Both the position numbers and the translations under genes were made by a program. Shown piece by piece: positions 29,601 to 37,648 of a DNA stretch of 64,000 bases. The stretch covers positions 35,426,080 to 35,490,079 of the forward strand of contig OZ037765.1 in NCBI GenBank assembly GCA_964035545.1, written 5' to 3'. How positions within the stretch are numbered: position 1 is the stretch's first letter; every line of letters begins with the position of its first letter. Origin of the DNA: Bugula neritina. Taxonomy: Eukaryota > Animalia > Bryozoa. The notes beneath the pieces were generated by a model. The model was not told where the DNA came from. It did no database searches and worked only from the letters and a program-made list of their open reading frames with translations.

Positions 29601-32600
29601 CTCTGTATACTCTGTATACTCTGTATACTCTGTATACTCTGTATACTCTGTATACTCTGTATACTCTGTATACTCTGTATACTCTGTATACTCTGTATAC
29701 TCTGTATACTCGGTATACTCTGTGTACTCTGCGTACTCTGCGTACTCTGCATACTCTCTCTTTCTCTCTCTAACAGAATGCTGAGCTCACCCTCTACTCC
29801 TACAACTTAGCAGACGGCAAGGACATGTCCTTCCAGGAGCACATAACTCAGAGTGTGAAGAAGGTTACTCGCTGGAACAACGCCAGATTCCATCTGCTCA
29901 ACTCGGTGGCCCACCAGAAGATGGGGCTTTTCCAACACGCCAGTATACAGGATGTGCCCAGAGAGAGGCACTGCACGGTAAGTTACCAGTTCTCAGTGGA
30001 GTAAGTATATAGTACGTAGAGTAAGTATACTGTACGTAGAGTAAGTATACTGTACCTATAGAGTAAGTATGCTGTAAGTATAGTATACTTACTCTACGTA
30101 CAGTATACTGTACATGTATGTAGTAAGTATACTGTACATATAGCAAGTGTACTGTACATATAGAGTAAGTATACTGTACATATAGTAAGTATACTGTACC
30201 TATAGAGTAAGTATACTGTACATATAGTAAGTATACTGTACGTATAGTATGTATGCTTACTCTCCTAAGAACTGTTAACTTACGTTGACAGGACAAGAAC
30301 CTCTCCACCTCCACCTGTGAAGATACTTGTCTACTTGTCAAGTCGTCTCGCCCGGCACAGGAAAAGCCGAGACACAAGTCCGCAGTCACTGCAGCTAGCA
30401 GTCGATTTAGACAGACCACGCCCACCCCAGGGCCAATCAGTGGCCTGGACAAGGTGTTCAGAGGGCTGAAGCCCACTCGGCCCATGCACCTCAGTAAGAC
30501 TGGGAAGGAGAGAGACCCCATCATACGGCATGGCAGTCAGTTACTGGAAACTCACAAGAATGAGATGAGAGGTGAGTCATACTATTGAGAGGTGAGTCAT
30601 ATTGTTGAGAGGTGAGTCATATTGTTGAGAGGTGAGTTATATTATTGAGAGGTGAGTCATATTATTGAGAGGTGAGTCATACTATTGAGAGGTGAGTCAT
30701 ACTATTGAGAGGTGAGTCATATTGTTGAGAGGTGAGTCATACTATTGAGAGGTGAGTTATATTATTGAGAGGTGAGTCATATTATTGAGAGGTGAGTCAT
30801 ATTATTGAGAGGTGAGTCATATTATTGAAAGGTGAGTCATACTATTGAGAGGTGAGTCATACTATATTGCTGGTTCATTCAGATGAGGAGAGGAGAAACA
30901 CCCTGGACAGTCTCTACACCAACTGGCTGGACAGACCCTCCACTGAGATCACCGAGGACCAGCTCAACGTCCTCAAACAGTCTTCTAGACTGGTGCATCA
31001 TGTGGTCACCCCACTTCTGTTCAGTCCCACGTGGAGGAACAAGGCTATCAATCTGCCTAAAACTGTGGAAGAACTTCGCAGGATAGAAGAGAGCAAGTTG
31101 GCAGTCATCGTGAGTGGATAGAACAGTTTACTCTGCTGGGGGCTCTCAGTGCCGTAATGTATGAACCCCTGTAACTACTGGTGTACACCACTGTTTATTT
31201 TTTTCTCTTTGAATTCCTCTTGTAGAAGCAGAGATCGAGGAACAACTCGGGCACAAGTGTGCGCAGTGCCAAAGGAGGTGAAGGTCGCTCAGGGGCCCGT
31301 GACTCCCCGACTAGTGCTGTGATAAAAGGCTACGAGGAGGAGACGTGGCATGAGGAGATGAGGAACGCCTTCGTCAGCAGTTACATCGACTACCTGAGGC
31401 AGACTCAGCAGCCTGAGCAAGCTGACAGATCTGAGCTGACGTCTCTTGATGAGCTGAGATTCAGCACCATCAAACTTCTCAGCAGACGACCCAACAAGAC
31501 GTACGTAACTACACTATATGCTATACACTATATGCTATACACTATATGCTATACACTATATGCTACACAGTAACTACACTATACAGTAACTATACTATAC
31601 AGTAACTATACTATACAGTAACTATACTATACAGTAACTATACTATACAGTAACTATACTATACAGTAACTATACTATACAGTAACTAAACTATACAGTA
31701 ACTATACTATACAGTAACTATACTATACAGTAACTATACTATACAGTAACTATACTATACAGTAACTACACTATACAGTAACTACACTATACAGTAACTA
31801 GACTATACAGTAACTACACTATACAGTAACTACACTATCCAGTAACTACACTATACAGTAACTACACTATACAGTAACTACACTATACAGTAACTATACT
31901 ATACAGTAACTATACTATACAGTAACTATACTATACAGTAACTATACTATACAGTAACTATACTATACAGTAACTATACTATACAGTAACTATACTATAC
32001 AGTAACTATACTATACAGTAACTAGACTATACAGTAACTAAACTATACAGTAACTAAACTATACAGTAATTACACTATACAGTAACTATACTATACAGTA
32101 ACTATACTATACAGTAACTTGGTAATACTGGTTCCTCTCCAGAGTTCCAGAGTTTCACCGCAAACACTCCTCAGGAGGTTCCGGCACCGAGCAGCTGGTC
32201 AGACGTCGCGCCACCGAGAGTCTGCAGATGAGCATGCCCGGTGGCATCTTCCTCATAGAGCTCTCCTTCCAGGAAGTCTATTTTGTTGTCAAACTGTACG
32301 TCTTCAGCTCTCCACTACTCTCTATTTATACACAGACCTACCACTCTCTGCACAAGGTAAGTGCATATCTCATACACGTCATGTGACACACACCTGTCAT
32401 GTGACGCGCACACACCTGTCATGTGACACACACCTGTCGTGTGACGCACACTTGTCATGTGACACACACACTTGTCATGTGACGCACACCTGTCTTGTGA
32501 CACACACTTGTCATGTGACGCACACTTGTCATGTGACACTCTCACCTGTCATGTGACGCACACTTGTCATGTGACGCACCCACTTGTCATCACTGAACCT

Positions 32601-35600
32601 GTATCTTACAGAAAACCTACATGTCAAACCTGGTGGACATGTGTGACAGACTGAAGGACAACACCCACTGTCACTCCTTCTCCTACGACTTCCACCTCAG
32701 AGCTGCACACAAGTACATCAAGAGTAGCAAAGTGTTCCACGACAGTTACCACTTGGTCAACATGCTTCACGACTTCACGCTATACTACTCCGACTCTCCC
32801 AGGTTTTCTCGCAACGCCATAGCTAAGGGTGAGTATTTCATAGTCAGTAGTGAGTATTTCATAGTTAGTAGTGAGTATTTCATAGTCAGTAGTGAGTATT
32901 TCATAGCTAGTAGTGAGTATTTCATAGCTAGTAGTGAGTATTTCATAGCTAGTAGTGAGTATTTCATAGTCAGTAGTGAGTATTTCATAGCTAGTAGTGA
33001 GTATTTCATAGCTAGTAGTGAGTATTTCATAGCTAGTAGTGAGTATTTCATAGTCAGTAGTGAGTATTTCATAGTTAGTAGTGAGTATTTCATAGTCAGT
33101 ACTGAGTATTTCATAGCTAGTAGTGAGTATTTCATAGCTAGTAGTGAGTATTTCATAGCTAGTAGTGAGTATTTCATAGTCAGTAGTGAGTATTTCATAG
33201 CTAGTAGTGAGTATTTCATAGCTAGTAGTGAGTATTTCATAGCTAGTAGTGAGTATTTCATAGTCAGTAGTGAGTATTTCATAGCTAGTAGTGAGTATTT
33301 CATAGTCAGTAGTGAGTATTTCATAGCTAGTAGTGAGTATTTCATAGCTAGTAGTGAGTATTTCATAGCTAGTAGTGAGTATTTCATAGTCAGTAGTGAG
33401 TATTTCATAGCTAGTAGTGAGTATTTCATAGCTAGTAGTGAGTATTTCATAGCTAGTAGTGAGTATTTCATATCTAGTAGTGAGTATTTCATAGCTAGTA
33501 GTGAATATTTCATAGTCAGTAGTGAGTATTTCATAGCTAGTAGTGAGTATTTCATAGCTAGTAGTGAGTATTTCATAGCTAGTAGTGAGTATTTCATAGC
33601 TAGTAGTAAGTGTTTCATAGCTAGTAGTGAGTATTTCATAGCTAGTAGTGAGTATTTCATAGCTAGTAGTGAATATTTCATAGTCAGTAGTGAGTATTTC
33701 ATAGCTAGTAGTGAGTATTTCATAGCTAGTAATGAGTATTTCATAGCTAGTAGTGAGTATTTCATAGCTAGTAGTGAGTATTTCATATCTAGTAGTGAGT
33801 ATTTCATATCTAGTAGTGAGTATTTCATGGCTAGTAGTGAGTATTTCATAGCTAGTAGTGAGTATTTCATAGCTAGTAGTGAGTATTTCATATCTAGTAG
33901 TGAGTATTTCATAGATAGTAGTGAGTATTTCATAGCTAGTAGTGAGTATTTCATAGCTAGTAGTTAGTATTTCATAGCTAGTAGTGAGTATTTCATAATC
34001 AGTAGTGAGTATTTCATAGCTAGTAGTGAGTATTTCATAGCCAGTAGTGAGTATTTCACAGCTAGTAGTAACTAAACTGTGTGCTGCAGACGTACTGATG
34101 CTCGAGTCAACCAACAACCCATGTAAGAGACTCTACGATCACATTCTGAAACACGAGAACACAGTTCTGCTTATGATGAAGAAAATAGCGATGAAGGATG
34201 AGGATGACCTTGAAAATCAGGTGTGACCTTCACCCTTCCTCCCCCAGTTGCTCTGTTCATGCGGTGTTAGGATTTCTTGTCATTGGTCATTAAGATCCGG
34301 CTCCTTTAGTTGACCCGGTCTAAGTTTTGTTGATTTGGTTGGTGTTGTGGTCTTTAGTGCACCTTTAATGAATAGATCTCTATACATTGTTATGTGTTCA
34401 TTGGCTGGCGTATGAATCCCTTATGATAATGACTCATTATACAGGAAGACTCGTGTGAGTACGCTCTTGTCTATCACAAACACATACAGAACCATCCAGT
34501 GTCCGGCAAGAAGCTACCAGAGTATGAAGCTAGTATTATTATAGCTCACAATCACTATCCAGGTGAGTGTATCTACTTCCCTGTGAGTGTATCTACCTCC
34601 CTGTGAGTGTATCTACCTCCCTGTGAGTATATCTACCTCCCTGTGAGCGTATCTACCTCCCTGTGAGTATATCTACCTCCCTGTGAGTATATCTACCTCC
34701 CTGTGAGTGAGTATATCTACCTCCCTGTGAGTATATCTACCTCCCTGTGGTGTATTGTTGCAGCTCAGAGACACCATGCTGTCAAAGGCAGCCTCCACCT
34801 TGCCTACTTTGTAATACTAGTCAACAAGGAGCAGCTGTTTCCTATAAAGATGACACCTCTGGTGTCAGACAGTCAGCATGTTATGGAGATATCTGCTGAT
34901 AAACTTTCTGCAGATTCTTCAGTCTCAGTCAGTGAGTATCACTCTGTACTCTCAGTCAGTGAGTATCACTCTGTACTCTCAGTCAGTGAGTATCACTCTG
35001 TACTCTCAGTCAGTGAGTATCACTCTGTACTCTCAGTCAGTGAGTATCACTCTGTACTCTCAGTCAGTGAGTATCACTCTGTACTCTCAGTCAGTGAGTA
35101 TCACTCTGTACTCTCAGTCAGTGAATATCACTCTGCACTCTCAGTCAGTGAGTATCACTCTCTACTCTCAGTCAGTGAGTATCACTCTCTACTCTCATTC
35201 AGTGAGTATCACTCTGTACTCTCAGTCAGTGAGTATCACTCTACTCTCAGTCAGTGAGTATCACTCTCTACTCTCAGTCAGTGAGTATCACTCTCTACTC
35301 TCAGTCAGTGAGTATCACTCTCTACTCTCAGTCAGTGAGTATCACTCTGTACTCTCAGTCAGTGAGTATCACTCTCTACTCTCAGTCAGTGAGTATCACT
35401 CAAATGTACTTTCAGCCGTATACTCTTTCTGTTTAGGTCCCATCAGTCCATCTCCTATCCAAGAGAGGAAAATTTCTCAGCAATCACCAGACACGCCCTT
35501 CTCCCCGCCCACCTCACTCTCTGTCCACCAGATTTTAGCCAATCAGTGCAGTGACGTCAAGTGAGTTGCCCTACATCTGTATGTTATATCACAGTCATAG

Positions 35601-37114
35601 CTCAGGGAATACAGCATTTGGTATAAGTTTGTTAGAGATCATTGGGACAAGAACATCTGACATTGAACAGCCAATCAGCTCTGATTATTAACCTTTAGTT
35701 ACAGCAGCAGACGGCTGAGAGACAAGTAGTTGATCTCATTTGGTTATCAACCTGTGTGACATTTTTTCTGATCCTTAGCATCTTACTCTCTCACTGTGAC
35801 TACCATGTCATTCTCTCACTGTGACTACTATGTCACTCTCTCACTGTGACTACCATGTCACTCTCTCACTGTGACCACTATGTCACTCTATCACTGTGAC
35901 TACCATCTCACTCAGTCAATTGACCAGTACGATGTGTTTCATGGTTCGAGAATTGTCCACCCTACACTTCACTATACTGTCTGTTATTTAAAGAAAGACG
36001 CTGACGAATCTGGTAGAGACAGCCAGTCTGCAGTGTAGAAAGAACACTCTCTGGACTCAGATGGTTCAAATTCTCAAAGAATCCGACAGGAGGAGTGTGT
36101 CTGACCCTTCTAAGTCTAGAACTAATGTGAGTATACTTTGTACTATTCTATATCTATATCTAGTGTGAGTATACTTCATACTATTCTATATCTATATCTA
36201 TTGTGAGTATACTTTATACTATTCTATATCTATATCTAGTGTGAGTATACTTTATACTATTCTATATCTATATCTAGTGTGAGTATATTCTTTACTATTC
36301 TATATCTAGTGTGAGTATACTTTATACTATTATATATCTATATCTAATGTGAGTATACTTTATACTATTCTATATCTACATATAGTGTGAGTATATTCTT
36401 TACTATTCTATATCTATGTCTAATGTGGATATAGTTTACACTTCTGTTCTAGACTGAGCTCTCTTCATTTGATGAGTTTGAGGAGCTACTGAAAAACGCT
36501 GTAAATGAGGAGATACAGCTGAGTGAAAGCATACTCAGTGTGATATACAGTCAGAGTAACATCTGGTTCACCAACTTAACTAAAGTCCTGCATGCCAAGT
36601 ACGGCTCTCAGTACAGGGAGTACGTCCGCTCAGATAAACAGCTCACTTACGCCGTTAGTATTCTCTAGTTCTAGTATCTGTGGGTCTCATTGATGTCTTC
36701 ATTGTGTTGTAGTTGTTATATAGTTATAGATATTGAAGAGTAGCAGTGGCATTCAGTTAGAGATCTTTGTATTCTTGTTTCCAGGTGGTGCTGGTAGCCG
36801 GGGTGGAAGGAGCGGCCATATTGTTGAGGGTAGACAGCCAGCGTAGAGGAGCTGTAAGTATTAGTCCCGTCTCCAGTACACAGAACTTGGTCTAATGTTG
36901 AGATAGCCTGAGTTCTAATCAAATGTTTCTTTAAACAAGCTAGATGTACTAAATATTTGGGTTTACGTATGTGAGAATTGTCTTTTAGAAACTGACTTTG
37001 ATGCTACAAGACGGAAAGGCCGACCACGTGTTGGATGACAAAGTGTTCAACATGGCGCTCTCTGACTACGTCAATACTCTACTCTTCCACATGTGGGCTC
37101 AGATGGCCGTCTGA
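982..37114 (+). CDS. SZT2: KICSTOR complex scaffold SZT2, 3' portion (5' end upstream of window), about 45 exons
   Basis: Phase-compatible GT-AG exons: 982-1304, 1437-1633, 1909-2146, 3169-3499, 3647-3863, 5243-5486, 5641-5847, 7425-7645, 8472-8667, 9044-9219, 16791-16960, 17343-17504, 17793-17986, (18482-18514), 20336-20546, 20973-21131, 21947-22026, 22411-22563, 22769-22871, 22986-23127, 23220-23352, 23659-23783, 24017-24278, 24762-24879, 25343-25417, 25595-25779, 25872-26005, 26306-26444, 27515-27687, 27844-28015, 28714-28850, 29777-29977, 30292-30571, 30883-31109, 31226-31500, 32143-32356, 32612-32828, 34090-34220, 34445-34562, 34764-34931, 35437-35560, 35994-36126, 36453-36653, 36785-36853, 36989-37114 (TGA). 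Peptides recalled as SZT2-like: PDFWLIM, MLLARNPNCMLTPQDVQF, WNNARFHLLNSVAHQKMGLF, PGGIFLIELSFQ, HSFSYDFHLR, QCRKNTLW, and C-terminal YVNTLLFHMWAQMAV*. Confidence 0.88.
1020..1125 (+). repeat. exonic 21-bp repeat x5 encoding (HTPTGRS)
   Basis: gccacacccccactggacgta units inside SZT2 exon 982-1304. Confidence 0.85.
1626..1893. repeat. 29-bp minisatellite containing the splice donor GTAAGT and its complement ACTTAC
   Basis: gtacatagtaagtgtaacttacctcacta, about 9 copies. Confidence 0.95.
2150..3090. repeat. 34-bp minisatellite
   Basis: ctctctccactcttctgtgtgtttatctgtgtca units. Confidence 0.95.
3883..4347. repeat. 28-bp minisatellite
   Basis: ccctaaagtgtaatctacagtctgtatt units. Confidence 0.95.
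4734..5150. mobile_element. MITE / foldback element with about 160-bp inverted arms
   Basis: GGGTCATTTCACTTAGTTTAGTACAC... is mirrored by ...GTGCACTAAATTAGGTAAAATGACCC. A partial related copy lies at about 58261-58368. Confidence 0.8.
5829..7406. repeat. 46-50-bp minisatellite derived from exon end plus donor
   Basis: gtgtgtactagagagag(g/a)tatactatatgatacagtactagttgtgta units. Confidence 0.95.
7792..8452. repeat. 17-bp minisatellite
   Basis: gtacatagctagatata units. Confidence 0.95.
12171..15400 (-). mobile_element. 5'-truncated non-LTR retrotransposon (CR1/L2/Crack group) inserted in an intronic satellite
   Basis: (AAAC)n 3' tail (tttg repeats at 12171-12195), intact ORF2, and an ORF1 C-terminal remnant at 15269-15400 (NNYKYVWTFAQRIYLRRTPDSEAIQINDVNDLENL). 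Satellite on both flanks. Confidence 0.92.
12348..15218 (-). CDS. LINE ORF2: AP endonuclease plus reverse transcriptase (956 aa)
   Basis: NIQSI, CLTETWL, GDINID and SDHLP (APE); NYRPISIL, FIDFSKAFDTINH, GVPQGSVLGPTLFLIYIND and YADD (RT). Confidence 0.95.
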   Translation of the reverse strand: MHEINCTAYDIFSFNKLEVNNSTFSLLNFNIQSIRNKFSHFEYFLNTFSNPFDVICLTETWLNDDEIQFFKLEGYDFVGSQRLGRGGGVGAYVRCGLGADTKAVSLSGADVLSLVLHSQASKSSHFRLTIIYRQPGASSTDAFLSDLEAYISHDSSPHIVVGDINIDTLDMNVSDTYSTTISTYAFYNAITLPTRISSSRASCLDHILLNFSCINGKSGTIESDLSDHLPTFVTFQLNCSNRTNIVSDDMYRTINYSKLVSKINSFCWLKLFDDSQNCEVNYDIFITRLKFLIESCSQTIENNRPSKKFAQKPWITEHLLTQIKKKYALHKRVKKAPLNKKILKRYNAFRNNLNADLRTAKYDYFKAFISNCNSSQLWVLINEQTGKAKLNKRCFSSKLYSVEDSETMLDSNMDIANNFNLYFSTIAQKLASNFTNSNSDTYSMLTNITKEEFHLKKTDESQIIEIIEKLDSKKAIGLDNIPTKLIKFCKISLSTPLAYLFNKSIEEKIVPAQIKTAKILPFYKKGSHDRCENYRPISILPIFSKILEKIVNNQILNFLESKNLISKNQYGFRKNLSTADAVVKFKNNTLEAFNNGNCVLGIFIDFSKAFDTINHNILLAKMRKLGFSESTVSWVANYLSNRSHSTLVNATLSSSRSVTCGVPQGSVLGPTLFLIYINDLAQQFKLFNPIFYADDTNLFFESKDLNSHLEAINQDLNSLSIWCNKNKLTINYEKCNYIVLKNYQNPFQILENCILLNKRPINYSNSITFLGVQIDKNLNWSLHISNLLTKLRPLSGLIYRCSEYLPQKILLLIYNSFINSKLNYCAEAWGNAANTHLNKIFIFQKKVMRIMNKKPFDHPSAPLFTKHKVLSIYQIYRFKVLKKAHSFFYSDNFFPTHSINTRQSFINLPLPHSQTAAGHRRNCYQEVALWNELPIPLRSISNPNEFGRKLRLYLLE
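16955..17292. repeat. 11-bp repeat of the donor motif CAG/GTGAG
   Basis: acaggtgagat units. Confidence 0.95.
18482..18514 (+). CDS. putative 33-nt symmetric micro-exon of SZT2 (ALRPSSADSDQ)
   Basis: gtattccgcag|CCCTCC...GATCAAG|gtaaac. Phase 1-1, no stop, and a GC-rich island within an AT-rich intron. Confidence 0.5.
19024..19766. mobile_element. MITE with GATC-rich terminal inverted repeats
   Basis: TCACGGGCTTTCCATGTACCGATCTCAG ... CTGAGATCGGTCCATGGAAAGCCGGTGA, with an AT-rich non-coding core. Confidence 0.7.
19794..20330. repeat. two adjacent minisatellites (about 31-bp x3, then a 30-bp array)
   Basis: ttttcactgtatgaactcttgacctctctat units, followed by cagtatgtcacatgactactctacatctct units. 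Confidence 0.9.
20557..20969. repeat. (CT)n followed by a 53-bp repeat x6
   Basis: ctctctgtgtaggtttatagactggtagtgtagactgtattactatccctt units. Confidence 0.95.
21199..21938. repeat. 34-bp minisatellite
   Basis: ctcacaggatatgacatcacactgtatattatat units. Confidence 0.95.
22035..22395. repeat. 23-bp minisatellite
   Basis: tagtctattattagatagtctag units. Confidence 0.9.
23385..23635. repeat. 13-bp minisatellite
   Basis: ctagatacgtctg units. Confidence 0.9.
23755..23946. repeat. 47-bp repeat x4 duplicating an exon end plus donor
   Basis: actgtatgctcactccacaggatgtgcag|gtattcccttgtatatct. Confidence 0.95.
24910..25266. repeat. 24-bp minisatellite
   Basis: ctgtagaatacactctgatatgta units. Confidence 0.95.
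26419..27503. repeat. 60-bp near-perfect array x18 containing exon end plus donor
   Basis: ctggtttgagttctgtactcagttag|gttagtatatacagtattctgatagtattataga. One substitution seen, near 27178. Confidence 0.97.
28120..28694. repeat. 45-bp minisatellite with a 190-bp higher-order period
   Basis: acatctatatacagtgtatctaccttgctgtcacctacactatgt, with a 10-bp insert every fourth unit. Confidence 0.9.
28896..29756. repeat. 9-bp repeat (tatactctg)n
   Basis: Direct reading. Confidence 0.95.
30566..30865. repeat. 20-bp repeat x15, each with an AG/GTGAGT donor
   Basis: tgagaggtgagtcatattat units. Confidence 0.97.
31565..32118. repeat. 16-bp minisatellite
   Basis: tatacagtaactatac units. Confidence 0.95.
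32378..32590. repeat. about 17-19-bp repeat with a GTCATGTGAC core
   Basis: cacacttgtcatgtgacg units. Confidence 0.85.
32829..34068. repeat. 21-bp minisatellite containing the donor GTGAGT
   Basis: gtgagtatttcatagctagta units. Confidence 0.97.
34924..35401. repeat. 27-bp minisatellite containing the donor GTGAGT
   Basis: ctcagtcagtgagtatcactctgtact units. Confidence 0.95.
36127..36425. repeat. about 38-bp minisatellite starting at the donor GTGAGT
   Basis: gtgagtatactttatactattctatatctatatctagt units. Confidence 0.9.
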
Positions 37115-37648
37115 TGCACACTGCTAACTCCTCCATCCTTCAGGAAGATATGCCTGTCCAGTATTTTCAGTTTCAGCCTCAGGAATTTATCACTTGACTT
37201 TACTGTGTTTTCCCTCCCACCTGCGGAATGCATGCTTTTCATTGTAATAGAATATCTTTGTACTACATGTATGGTATTACGCCGTATATTTCTCACATTA
37301 TACTACACGTATTATATTACGCCGTATATTTCTCACATTATACTACACGTATTATATTACGCCGTATATTTTTCACAATGTACTACACGTACTACGGGCT
37401 ATAAATTATTTTCTTTCTGCTCAGCCTGGCGCCAAAAATATGCAACAGTGAAATTTTGTGCAATTTTTTATTATGATGTAAAGTGAAAGGTTATGTAGCA
37501 TTATAGCTTATCATTATTCTATCTGCTGTTCGTAGAGTAGAACATGATGCAGTTTACTCACTAATATAAACTTATTTTCTATTCAACAGTGGCATGATGT
37601 ACATTTTTACATTTTTTACACGAATAATACACGTTATACAGATATAGA

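Noticed and set aside
28068-29810. 580-aa ORF and overlapping antisense ORFs
   Set aside because: 45-bp and 9-bp repeats flanking one true exon (28714-28850).
32780-34117. Antisense 445-aa and 389-aa ORFs
   Set aside because: Reverse-strand reading of the 21-bp repeat, with no domain content.
35928-35993. Alternative acceptor tgaccag for the SZT2 exon ending at 36126
   Set aside because: Leads to an in-frame stop. The acceptor at 35993 restores the conserved frame.
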